Shown one piece after another: positions 39,100 through 50,576 of a stretch of 64,000 bases of DNA. Where the stretch lies: positions 95,482,001-95,546,000 of the forward strand of contig NW_024704743.1 in NCBI RefSeq assembly GCF_018977255.1, given 5' to 3'. Within the stretch, counting starts at the first letter, position 1. Each line of letters starts with the position of its first letter. The stretch comes from Callorhinchus milii (taxonomy: Eukaryota). Made by a program: the position numbers and the translations under genes. The notes under the pieces are model-generated. The model ran no database searches, was not told where the DNA came from, and was given only the letters and a program-made list of their open reading frames with translations.

Positions 39100-40590
39100 T
39101 GTGACCCAGTTTTGATCTCGTCCCTAAGTTATTAACTGAAATCAACTACTTAAATGTTCCCCAAATGCCTTTCAGAGCTGCAAAAGCCTACGTGAAGCCA
39201 GGATCAGGTATGTCTCTGAAACTTCTTTATGGTCCAATGACGCACCAACATATAGTCTTACGGTTCACAACTCAACAATGGCTATTTTGGGCAAGTCACC
39301 TGAACCCAGAAAGAGGGAAAAAAAACATGCAAAAAGATATCTTCAGGAAAGGATGGGAGAAAATTAGAACGTAAAATTGTCAAGATGGTGAAAGGAATTC
39401 ACTGATTTCCTAATGAGCAGTGCAATGGCTTATTGCATGGTCGAGATGGTAGGACAAGAAACAACAACTTACATTTATATAGCGCCCTTCACGTGAGGGA
39501 GTGTCTCAGAGCAATTGATAGTAGCGGAGCTTGACGCTGAGCTGGAGAGAGAGGGGAGGTGACCGTAGGTATGGTTGAAGAGGAAGATCTTAAGGTGTGA
39601 TCTGAAAGTCGGACAAGGTAGTTGCAAGGTGGAGGGATTGAGCAGAGAGTTCCAGAGTCTTGAGTGCAGTGGCTGAAACAAAAATCAATGGGCTCAAATT
39701 CAATTCACCAATTGTCATGTTTGCTGATTTGATTAGCAAAACGGATTTCAGCTATGATTTTACAGGAACAGCTGAGTTCGGATAATACAAGTGACCATTT
39801 ACAACAACAACTTGCATTTATACAGTTCCCTTCACTCAGTGTAGCGTTTCAGAGCGCTTAACAGTAAGAGAGTTTAACACCGAACTGGAGAAAAGAGGTG
39901 ACTGTAAGCCTGGAGGAAGAGATAGATCTTGAGATGCGATCTGAAGATGGACAAGGAAGGTGCAAGTTGGAGTGAATGAGGCAGAGATGTGTCAAATGGT
40001 GCAATGGACGTTTCAAAATAAACCTGCAGTGAATTGGAGCTACAGCACGCAGTGTGGTTTTCTGGCAGGTTGTCATGTTAACCACCTTGCAGTGATTGGG
40101 TGCCAGGGTACCTTTTGATTTTGCCTGTGCAATTGGGAATTATTGATGTTCTAATAGTGGAGTAGATGAGGCAGGTCAGTGCAAGTACACATTGGAAAAC
40201 ATTTCACTGGCAGATCTGAAAATCAATTGTTGCCTCAGCAATTACTTCTTGCCGCAGTGCTCAGTGTGAATGAACACTGCATCTGCTCTGTGACAGCAAT
40301 GCAAATTTACCAATGAGCCTTAAATGCAGCAAATTAAAGACAATTATAATGTTGAGATATTTGTTAACCAGGCAAATAACTGGGCTGAAACTGAGAGACT
40401 TTCGGAATAGGTTGCCATCTACAGCAGAAGGCTTATAATGCTGGTGGTGGTACAATTCAACGAGATGCAGGATATGTAAACAGAGGATACCTGACAGGAA
40501 CTCACAGGGGACAATAGGAATATTCATGCAAAGATCACAAATTCAGACTCTGACCCCAATGACTCCAGATTTATTGTTAAAAGCTGGCAT
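39100..40590 (+). pseudogene. Fossil piggyBac-like transposase interrupted by two L2 tails
   Basis: Manual translation, in order: MSLKLLYGPM..NNGYF; FNSPIVMFADL..FTGTA; VKW; SGVDEAGQCKY..HWKTFHW; LRDFRNRL; TRCRICKQR..YSCKDHKFRL*PQ*LQIY (Cys-rich C-terminus). Confidence 0.55.
39460..39680 (-). mobile_element. L2 3' tail fragment
   Basis: AACAACAACTTACATTTATATAGCGCCCTTCAC; minus ORF RLWNSL...TFRSHLKIFLF. A second similar tail lies at about 39800-39985. Confidence 0.8.
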
Positions 40591-40719
40591 TCACATTTAT
40601 CCGTCTTTTAAATGAATGTTTTCAATTGTAAAGTCTATTCACTTTACAATACATTCTGTGGAGCACGGAATATATTGCTCTGTGCTCCACGGAATATAGA
40701 GGTGAGACGTCTCAACAAC

Positions 40720-41915
40720 ATCCTAACCGCTGCCGTGGTGGTGTGGCCCTCATCTCCAGGTTATCACTTGCTCTATCCCCCTACTCCTCTGGCTCATTCC
40801 CCTCCTTCAAACACCTTACCCTCTACCATCCCTCCAATCTTTCACTCAAAATTCTCCTGATTTATCGTCCCCTTAAACCCTCCCCCACCTTCATCTCTGA
40901 GATCTCCACCCTCCTAGCCTCCCTCTGCCTCTGTTCTGAACGCCTCCTCATCCTAGGCGACTTAAACCTGCACTTCACCCCCTCCTGCTCTATCTCCACC
41001 AACTTCTCCTCTCTCCTTTCCTTCCATAACCTCTCCCCCTCCACATCGACCCTGCCACCAACATTCATGGCCACCCTCTCGACCTTGTGATTACCCGGAG
41101 CCTCAGTGTCTCGGAACCCACAATCACCGATAAAGCCATCTCAGATCATCATTTCGTCTCCCATAACATCTCAATCCCTCTCACCACCATCACACACCTC
41201 AGCTCCATATCCTACTGCCCCAGGAAAAGAATTTCCCTGCACTCCCTCTCCACTGCCCTGGAGTTGTCTGAACTCCTCCCCCTCTGGCCTACCTCCAGCC
41301 CTGACTTATTCTCCTCAGTCACTCTCCTCCACAACTCGCTCTCCACCATTCTCTATGACCTTGCCCCCCTCATCTCCCGGACCACATCCTGCTCATGAAA
41401 CTCACCCTGGTACACCAGCCACCTCTGCTCACTCAAGGGTCAGGTGCGTGCCACTGAGCACACCTGGCTCAAATCCAATTTAACGGTCCACCAGCAGATC
41501 TGGCTGGACCCCATAAAAACTTACCACTCCACCCTCGCCTCCACTAAATTGTCTTTCTATTCCAAGGTAATCTTGGAGGCCAAGAATAACCCCAGGCTTC
41601 TCTTCTCCACTACCAATCGGCTCATCCATCCATCTTCTCACACCTCGCCCATCCTCTCCTCGAATTCCAACTAGATGCTGGATTTCCTCGAGACTAAAAT
41701 CGAGGCGATCCGTTCAGCCGCCTTTGGCCTCCTAACCACCATCCCCTCCCCAACTCTCCCTCACACTCCAGCTCCTACACATCTCTCCCTCCACATCTTC
41801 GAACCTGTCTTCCCCTCCTCTCTCAACACTACTATAACCCGCATGAAGCCCACCACATGCTCCCTCAACCTCATTCCTATCCCTCTTCTTACCTCCCAAC
41901 TCCATCTCCTCAATT
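40720..41915 (+). mobile_element. L2 LINE ORF2 N-terminal fragment (APE endonuclease and linker), frameshifted
   Basis: LLIYRP...LLILGDLNLH, GHPLDLVITR, ISDHHFV, PWY, NNPRLLFST, FLETKIEAIR, MKPTTCSLNLIP. Confidence 0.9.
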
Positions 41916-43239
41916 GTTCTAAGTGATCCTGTGTTAAGAGAAGAGAAATCAACCAGTATTTTCACTCCTGTTTGTTACCCCCACAGCTTCCTGCTGGAAG
42001 GTCCATGTGTGGATGTTGGGTGAGAGCAGATTTGAACTTGGCTGTGATGAAATCTACCAAGACAATAGCCTGCTAACCCTCACAGTCAAACCTCACAAAT
42101 GTATAACCACACCCCAATGGAACAAAATAGATTGACGTAATAATCATAGGAATGTGGACTCACGTTTTGCATGGCTGTTTGCTCGTGACAAATTATGAGC
42201 AGCTTTGACCTGTAACTCTTGACTTTCGAGAATGGGAATGAATTTGCCCAAACTCATTTTGATTAAGACCTTCACAGAAATCAGAGAAGAGCTTTTTACC
42301 CATCACTCCACTCCATCTTGGGTTCAAACACAGGTCCGAGAAGTGAAAGGACAGTTTTCAACTCAGCGCACCATTCAATTCAATATTCCATATGGTCATA
42401 AAATACATCAATATTAAGGTCTCCTGATATGACAGCAGTTAAAACTGTTGCACCTCATAGTCACAGACTTTGCTATTTGAGGGCTTCTAGTGCGTACGCT
42501 GTGCCAAATGAGTCTTTCAGGCAGATGGAAGTAATAAATCATTTTCTGTAACACTATTATTATTGTACAATTATGGGCACAATTCCACTGTAAGAATGGA
42601 GATCTGAAAGGGAAGACATCAGAAATCCATACATTGCCCAATTCATATTGGTGGGACTAGATAGAATTTACATTTTTATAATGCAGCAACTTGAAACATC
42701 CCAACGTGTTTCACAGTAATTATCAATTACCTTAAGTGTATCACTAAATACTAATTGTGTGAGTAGAGGGAAGATTGCCCCTTGGATAATAACAATAATC
42801 CTTGCATTTGATACAGTACTTTTCACGTCATTGACATGATTTTACTGTCAAGCCGCAGTGACTATGTATTTGTAGGTAACCGCAGCAACCAATTTGACCA
42901 CAACAATGTCCCACAAACAGCCACGAAGTGAACAATTAACTTAATCTGGGAAAATAAATCTGGGGGAGGACATAGCTTTATGCAAATCAATAATCACAAT
43001 ATATAATGTGTGATTTTCTTTTAAATCTTGTTAGATTTTTAAAACCATAGGTTACAGCAGATGACAATGAGATGTTCCCCATCGATATAAGCTTGCTATG
43101 GTAATCTTTCAGTCAGAGTAAAACTATCATAATAGACTGTGCTCCCAAGTTATTGTCTTTTGAATTCTGTCTGCATAACACAAAGTAGTCCTCTGATCTT
43201 CAGCAGGTCATGTAAGAATGCACCACATACATTCAAGCA

Positions 43240-43610
43240 TTAATATCGCAGTGAAGCCAGCTGCACATTGCATTGTAACTCGCCATGAATTGTTGCTAGG
43301 TGCCCATAAATATATTAATAGCTAGGTCAAATTGGCCAGGCTGTAAAGAGAATTAATTTAGCAGTCTTTACCAAAATAAACGGGATTTTACAGGCACTTT
43401 AATCAATGAAAGAATTAATAATGCTGAAGTGATTAAACAAGAATAAATCTGCATATTATTTAATACTGCGGTGGTTGCTACTGCCAGAAACATATCCTAA
43501 TCAATCTTTATTACTCTTTCATTGAGATTACACTTAATGTAACCAAAACGCCCTATGAATGGGATGACTTTTCTTGACCTAAATGCAAGATAGTAATTAT
43601 AGTTCCCGCT
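43240..43610. promoter_or_regulatory. Candidate intronic enhancer (AT-rich, homeodomain-motif dense)
   Basis: Repeat-free block with CCATAAA, two TAATCAAT, TTTATTAC and many TAAT/ATTA cores, about 2.5 kb from the putative first exon. Confidence 0.35.
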
Positions 43611-44919
43611 ACTCACAGAACTTGCTCTTATTTGAGTTAATTTTGAGATAATGCTCGACACTAACTAAGCATAAGGGGGTAGAGGAAGGGGAGAACTTGC
43701 TGCTATAAAACCCACCAGCATTCTCTGTGGTTCAGTAGATCACTTTATTGCTGCTGGCCATTTCTGCAGCGTCACTGCAGTGGATCAACATTGGTGCAAA
43801 GTGTGAGAATCAGGACAAATGATAACAGTCACAATATCTCTGTGCTGCGCACTCAATAATAACCTGACTACATAATCTCTGTCATCCCGATTTCATACTA
43901 GCTGACTTCTGTAAAATGAAATACAGTGAGAAAGCTAATAAAATACCGTATTAAAAGCGGGGTTATTGTTTATGCACTGTGTGCATCTTGCACTTTACCT
44001 ACACCATAAAAGTCTGCAATGTTAAACTGCGTAGCCAGTAGATCATAATAAAGACATGATATTCCCAGTTGAAATAAATCACTATGGATCATTTTATTCT
44101 GGTCATACACACACACACTCAAATGATTGTGAAATGCAGGCCAGCCAAAGGTTCCACGTTAATGATAACATCTGCTTGAAGGGAATCTTCCAATGTTTCA
44201 GGGCACAGACTCACTCCACATACATTCACAGTGTCTGCTAGAATATTTCCATATTTCAATCCATATCCATACTACTGTATATATTCCTTGCAACAAAGGA
44301 GGGGCTTCAGGACACAGCCACTGTTTCACAGAGAGTAATAATATACGTTGGGAGGGGTTGAATAATGTTTGGAAGTGACTTAAATGTCTCCCTTATGTTT
44401 TAATGACCTTTATGACCCCATAATTGTCCCACAGCCCTGCAGTTCCTTCCTATGCAACCATTCACTGCCAGAAAGGAAAGGAAGGAGGGCGAGAAACGCC
44501 CTGAAATATGCAAACCCCCTGCAATACATTAAGCTGCATAAGTAAATAGCCATTTTCTGTTGGATGCAAACGTCAGATCCCGGTGGAACCCTGTGCACAG
44601 CTTCACTGAAGTTACCAGAGCACAGTCCAGACTGACTCCCGGACCAATACAGATCCACGTTGATGTCTCTTTGGAGACAGTATCCCGACAGCTGCGCGGG
44701 GACCATTGCCAGAGATTCCCAATCTGGGAGTTAACAGCCGCATCTGATCTCGGTGTGTGTGTGTGTGTGTGTGTGTTTAACCAGATGACAAATCCGCTCA
44801 GTCTGAAGCTGTTCCCCTTGTTTTGCGGAGTCCGCAGATGGAAACACCCTCTGGGCGATTCTCTGCAATGCTAACAACACAGAACTCCCATCGTGACCCC
44901 CCCCCCCCCCAACCCCCCC

Positions 44920-45405
44920 CCACCCACCAGCACCAGCACCACCCACAGCACCAACACCACAACACCAGCAGCACCAACACCACCAACAGCACCAACACCA
45001 CCAGCAGCACCAACACCACCAGCACCAACACCACCACCACCAGCACCACCAGCAGCACCAGCAGCACCACCACCACCAGCAGCAGCACCAACACCACCAG
45101 CACCAACACCACCACCACCAGCACCACCAGCAGCACCAGCAGCACCACCACCACAGCACCACCAGCACCAGCACCACCCACAGCACCAACACCACAACAC
45201 CAGCAGCACCAGCAGCACCAACACCACCAGCAGCACCAACACCACACCAGCACCAGCACCACCAACACCACCAGCAGCACCAACACCACCAGCAGCACCA
45301 CCAGCACCAGCAGCACCAACACCACCAGCAGCAGCACCAACACCACCAGCAGCACCACCACCACCACCACCAGCACCACCACCACAGCACCACCAGCACC
45401 AGACA
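44920..45405. repeat. Cryptic (CAC/CAG/CAA)n trinucleotide-based minisatellite
   Basis: About 480 bp of ACC/AGC/AAC triplets lacking T on +; produces spurious poly-T/S, P/A, G/A/V and W/C ORFs. Confidence 0.95.
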
Positions 45406-45504
45406 CCGACCACCAGCCCCAAAAAAGAAGACTCGCAGAGAGAGAGAGAGGGAGAGTCAAAGTGACCAGCGCTGATCTCCCCACTCACTCACATCATGTA
45501 CCAG

Positions 45505-45660
45505 TCTCTCTCCTTCACTCAGTCCTCTCTCCTTCCCTCCCTCTCTCCCTCTCCCTCCCTCCCTCTCCCCCCCCTCCCTCTCCCCCTCTCCCTCCCTCCC
45601 TCTCCCCCTCTCCCTCCCTCTCCCTCTCTCCCTCTCCCTCCCTCCCTCTCCCCCTCTCTG
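45505..45660. repeat. (CT/CCCT)n polypyrimidine tract
   Basis: Near-pure C/T run on +. Further microsatellites: (CA)n 45763-45779, (CT)n 45944-45976, (GT)n 44753-44776. Confidence 0.95.
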
Positions 45661-45786
45661 TGTGTACCAGTCAGTTGACAGGGCAGCATCCGCAACCATT
45701 TAGCAGCACAGTCAGCCCATCGCCAACCAGCCAGACCCTCACTCACAGAGAAACAGTCACCAACACACACACACACACAAACTCAC

Positions 45787-45936
45787 CCAGAGCCTCGGTC
45801 CCTGCTGTAGAGCAGTGTTTCCTGCACGGATTTTGTTTTGCAAAAAAATATATAATAATAAAAAAAAAGGCTAAAGGCAGATCGCAGCAGATCTCTCACT
45901 CCGGTGGGACCTGTGGGGTCTGTGATAAACTGGGAT

Positions 45937-45981
<45 letters not shown>

Positions 45982-46040
45982 TCCTCCTCCTCTTCCAGTC
46001 CAGATCTTAGCGTTTTCCCCCAAAAACAATCCGACTTCAA
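45787..46040 (-). other. Putative non-coding first exon (5'UTR) of an unidentified minus-strand gene
   Basis: Minus strand ...GGCTCTGG|GTGAGT strong donor at 45787/45786, just downstream of CRE/CCAAT/CpG-rich DNA. The 5' boundary is a guess. Confidence 0.45.
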
Positions 46041-46049
46041 TGGGAATAG

Positions 46050-46445
46050 CAAGAAGTACTGACGTCAGCTTGTAACTGCATGTGTGGCCAATAGAGAGTG
46101 GAAAGGAGACAGATCTGAGCTGCCAGAGCCTGATCTCTGGAGTGAGGACAACCCTGTGCCCCTCAAGCACTGCCACTTTCGCATCAAGACCCAGCCCCAG
46201 CTTTGCATTTCTCTTTTTTTTTCTTCTTCAAAGTAACAGAAGCGGTTGACGTGATTCCGCATGGTTACGGACACTCACATCGCCGACGAGAGGAGGAATT
46301 CAGTCGCCGAAGGAGATCGCCAGCAAACCATTAGTTACGCTCTTGCGTCCTCGGGTCTCAGAGGGGGACGTTTTCGATACCTCGCCCAACTGACCATTCG
46401 TGTGTGCGTCTTGATGGTAATTGTTGGCGCGGAGGTATCGCAGTA
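46050..46445 (-). promoter_or_regulatory. CpG-rich promoter-like region with CRE and CCAAT box
   Basis: CTGACGTCAG palindrome 46059-46068; GGCCAATAG with CCAAT at 46088-46092; TTGACGTGA at about 46246; visibly the densest non-repeat CpG cluster in the window (46240-46440). Confidence 0.6.
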
Positions 46446-46446
46446 G

Positions 46447-47004
46447 GGTAGCCTGGATCAGTTGGTAGCACTCTTGCCACTGAGTCAGAGGTTGTGGGTT
46501 TCAAGCCCCTGGTTAGGACTTTGAGCTCAGTGTCAGCACTGGGCGGGTATTCCATTATCAGAGGTGCTGTCCTTTGGATGAGATGTTAAACCGAGGTCCC
46601 CTCTGCCTTTTCGAGTGGATATGTAAGATCCCAGGGCACTATTTGGAAAAGAGAACCACTGAGCTCCTGGTCCCCAGGCTGCCATGTTGTCCACTACACC
46701 ATTGGGGCTGCCCCATTTTCTCCCTAAAGTCAGCAGACTGAATCCAGTTGTCGCTTTGGTCACGCCCCAGCTGGCATTCAGCTATTATTATTATTATTAT
46801 TATTCACAGACTAGGATTCCAGCATGCAACCTTCCACTTTGTGTGGCTCAGTGCTCACTCATTGTATGTCCTCAGTGTCCTCAGTTATACCATTCAAAAT
46901 ACACAGTCAATCCACTTTGTAATATATTCTTTGAAGTGCTTTGAGATGTCTCAACAATGTGATAAGGCGCTATTTATATCAAATCCAATTATTATTATTA
47001 TTAA
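46447..47004 (+). mobile_element. SacSINE1-like DeuSINE split by an insertion
   Basis: Head and core at 46447-46650 (CAGTTGGTAGCACTCTTGCCACTGAGTCAGAGGTTGTGGGTTTCAAG); tail at 46895-47004. Confidence 0.75.
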
Positions 47005-47396
47005 TGGGCCGTGGTGCAACTGAATTGATTCTCTTATACAGAATTTGTGCTATTTATTATTATGCTGGAAAATGCAGACAGTGTCTTGTGTGCCTGCCAT
47101 GTGGAACCATGGTTACGATTCTGCTTAAAGCTGAAGGAGGGAGCAGCACTACCATCAGTAGTCATGTAATGCTGTAGTACATTGCCTATACCCAGTGTAA
47201 AAAGATCACTGCCACTGATTGAATGTTAGATTGATGCCCTGTGTAATTGGTGTAATTAAAGTTCACTTGTTACAATGTTTGTTTCTTAACCACAAATGGC
47301 AGCTGTAGAACATTGTCTGAGACCCTGACACTCAAATATTCTTCTGCTATAGTAATCCTCCTTTACATTCGTGAGTAACTGAGTTCACTCAATACA

Positions 47397-47551
47397 GTGC
47401 TGACCTGCTGTCCAGCACTGATCTACTTACTAATACTGAAGGGCTGCCTGATACTAACCCGCCTTTAATACTGATCTGCTGTCTTGTACTGATCTGCTGT
47501 CTAATACTGACTTTCTACCTCACACTGACCTGCTCACTAATACTGACCTGC
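47397..47551. repeat. Degenerate ~18-bp minisatellite
   Basis: Recurrent unit resembling ACTGATCTGCTGTCTAAT, about 8-9 diverged copies. Confidence 0.7.
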
Positions 47552-48994
47552 ATTGTCAGAAGTGCCATTCTTCGGATAAGATGATAAACCTATCTGCCTG
47601 TTCAGGTGGGTGTTATCAAACCTATTTCACTATTCGAAAAGAGAAGGGAGTTTCTTCCAGTGTCCTGGCCAACAATCCACCAGAGGGAATTGATGAAGGA
47701 TAAGAAATGGAGGAGGGAAGCCACAGGAAGGAAGTAGAGAGAAACATCCCAACAGGAGGGAGTGAGAGCAAGAATGATAATAGGTAATAACAGGCAAATA
47801 GTGCAAAATGTTTCTCTCACTCAGGACAGAAGGTTACAGGTTTAATCTCAGTCTTTGCTGAGTTGGCTGATCTCAACGAGGGCAACACTAATGGTGGTAC
47901 AACTGGCTCCTAGGTCATTGGGTTTAGGTGCTGAAAGTAAGCCAGGAGGAGTTCAGTCTCCTGATCGCACTTTAGAAATCACTGTTGGAAGGTGAGCCTG
48001 TGTGAGCATTAGGGTCAGGTTCGATCATACAGAAACGTGCCTGGCACACATGACATGGAACCTCAGTAGAAAGAAAAAGGGAACAAAAGATTTCAAAAGA
48101 GGAAAAGCAGGGGAGAAAACTAACGGGTCCATTAGTACTAAATTACCAAGCTGCACATTGTGGCAGCATGATTGCCAACCTGTCTCAGGTGCTGGTTCTC
48201 TGGTGCTGACTCCCAGCTAACCTTCACTAATCTCTCCAGGCTCTCGCTGACAAACTGTGCACTTATTATATTTCAGCATTTCAACATAGAATAACTGTTA
48301 TTTGACTGTTTAGATGCAGATGTTACTAAAGTCCTTTAATGTTTCAGTCTGCAGCAGGCAGTGTCAATAAGCCAGCCTACACAAAAGCAGCTTCAGCCTT
48401 CAGCAAGGTTTTCACTGGAAAATAAAATGTGCTTCCTAGAAGCAATTGATTTTTTGTTAGCTTTATTCACCATGAACTAATAACACAAGCCAGACATTCT
48501 ACATAACATTAGTTTCTCATCATGAGTGCACAATGGTGAAATAATATCTTGTTTTATTGGTCCAAAGATGCTGTTTTTATAAGGTTAGCAGAAAGGAAGA
48601 TCGGCACAGCATTCTCTGCTTACACAGACCAACTTTCCAAAACTATTTCAATGTAAGTTGTAAAAATGGTCACGATTTTATTATCCACAAACACTTAAGG
48701 CTCTGCAGCATGAAAATGGGTTCATAAAAAGGGTAAAAGAAAATTTCTCCTTTTGTCCTTATTCCTTTCCTGGTATCCCTTTGTTACTTTCAATACTGGA
48801 GTCTTTTAGGGGGGGGCCACAGCCAACATTGGACAGGCAAAGGAATGTGTGGTTGGAGGTAATGTGACAGGTCAGTATTTGCAGGGTCTCCAGCTTTCCA
48901 GCTTTTTGAGATCAGAGTCCCTTTCATTGAGCCAAAGGCAAATGCGAAGGTAAGATGAACAGAACAGGACGATGTTTAGGAGTTCATGTTCTAA

Positions 48995-49980
48995 CACACA
49001 ACAACAACAAATTACATTTATATCGCGCCTTTCACTGCAGGAGGACGTCCCAAGGCACTGGACAATCAAGGGTTAGCACCGAAGCTGGGGGTTGGAATCA
49101 AGAGGGGCAAAGGGTAAGGGGTAGGGATGGGAGATTAACTGAAGTCACAGTCAAAGAGGAAAGTCTTGAGATAGGCTTTCAAGGAGGCAAGGGAGAAGAC
49201 AAGATGAATGGATTCCCGGAGGGGTTTCCACAGGGTAGGGACAGAAACATCGAAGGTCCGACTACCAATGGTAGGGCAGTTAGGGCAGGGGACATGGAGC
49301 AGGCTGAGCAGACGGAGCATGCAGGTGGTAAGATTTTAGCAGGTTGCAGAGATAGGGAGGGACAAGACCATGGAGAGCTTTAAAAGTAAGGGAGAGGATT
49401 TTAAATTCAATCCTCTGGGGGATGGGGAGCCAGTGGAATAACATCTTGCACCTACATCTTGCATTTGTCCCTAAAATGAGGCAGAACCATGGAGAAATTG
49501 ATGTGCATACTTTTTACTTTTTTCTCAGAGAAAGATAGCAACACCAGCAACAATTTGCATTTATATAGTGCCCCTTACGCAGGGTAGTGTCCCAGACCGC
49601 TTGACAATGGCAGAGCATGACACTTAGCCAGGAGGTGACCGTAGGCACGGTTGAACAGGAAAATCCTCAGGAGCAATCTTTAGATGGGAAGGAAGGGGCA
49701 AGATGGAGGGATAGATGAAGAGTATTCCAGAGTTTAGGGGTGTAGTGGCTGAAAGCGTGGCCACCATTGGTGGAACGGAGGGTTCAAGGGACATGCAGAA
49801 GGCCAGAGCCAGTCAAACGGAGGCAGCGGGTTGTGGGTTGGGGGTAAGCAAGTCTGAGAGGTAGGGAGGTGCCAGGGCATGAAGGGATTTGAAAATGAGT
49901 GTGAGGATCTTGAAACCGATCCATTTGGTGATAGGGAGCCAGTGGAGCCTGGCTAGAACTGATGTGATGGGGGTACAGTG
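48995..49980 (-). mobile_element. Two adjacent L2 3' fragments (48995-49440; 49540-49980)
   Basis: Each begins with a (CAA)n tail on +; minus ORFs TLWKPL..SLASLKAYLKTFLF and ITSVLARLHWLPI..FKILTLIFKSLHALAPPYLSDLL. Confidence 0.88.
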
Positions 49981-50087
49981 CACATCTGCAGCTGACATGG
50001 ATGTGTGTGTGTGTGCGCACACAACGGCTGACGATAGCAGAGCAGGTCACAGCTCCACTCCACCAGCATCACAATGTCTTGTTAAGA

Positions 50088-50576
50088 GTTTCTTCTGGCA
50101 CTGCCTGTATCACGCTGAGCTCAGCAGAAAGGAACCCTGATCTACCATTCTTCCCTTCGGTGTTCATTTCCCCTACTTTCCATCCTGTCAGCCCTATTTC
50201 TCCCTCATCTCTCGCCTCCCCGGCAAGCACCTTGGGAAGTCCTCCCGACATGAAAGGCGCTGTACAAATGTAATTTTGTTGTTGTTGTTCTTCCTCATCT
50301 CCTGCATGAAAACCACCAGCAGTTCCCTTGACTCCCTTTACACAGCAGCAGGGATCAGCAGACCTAGAACAGGCAGACTGAGACAAGGGGAGAATTTACA
50401 AGAAACAATCTCGTACACAACAAGAAAACCATTGAAGAAAATGTAAGATACATTTCGCTGAAGCAAAACTACTGCATTGGGTGGTGATGCTGAGGTGACC
50501 TTGATCCTTTGAGGAAATGTCAGGTCAGGGTTCTTTCTGCTGAGCTCAGTGTGATACAGGCAGCGCTAGAAGAAAC
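50088..50576. repeat. Inverted repeat, arms about 55 bp (50088-50143 / 50522-50576)
   Basis: GTTTCTTCTGGCACTGCCTGTATCACGCTGAGCTCAGCAGAAAGGAACCCTGATCT vs reverse complement GTTTCTTCTAGCGCTGCCTGTATCACACTGAGCTCAGCAGAAAGAACCCTGACCT. Confidence 0.85.

Noticed and set aside
44731..46010. Long ORFs (395, 228, 222, 205, 190 aa) resembling mucin/proline-rich proteins
   Set aside because: They are open on both strands only because the triplet and CT repeats lack stop codons; no domain or splice structure supports coding.
47397..47551. Repeat-spacer-like pattern (CRISPR-like)
   Set aside because: Units are contiguous and degenerate with no unique spacers, in vertebrate DNA with no cas genes; it is a minisatellite.
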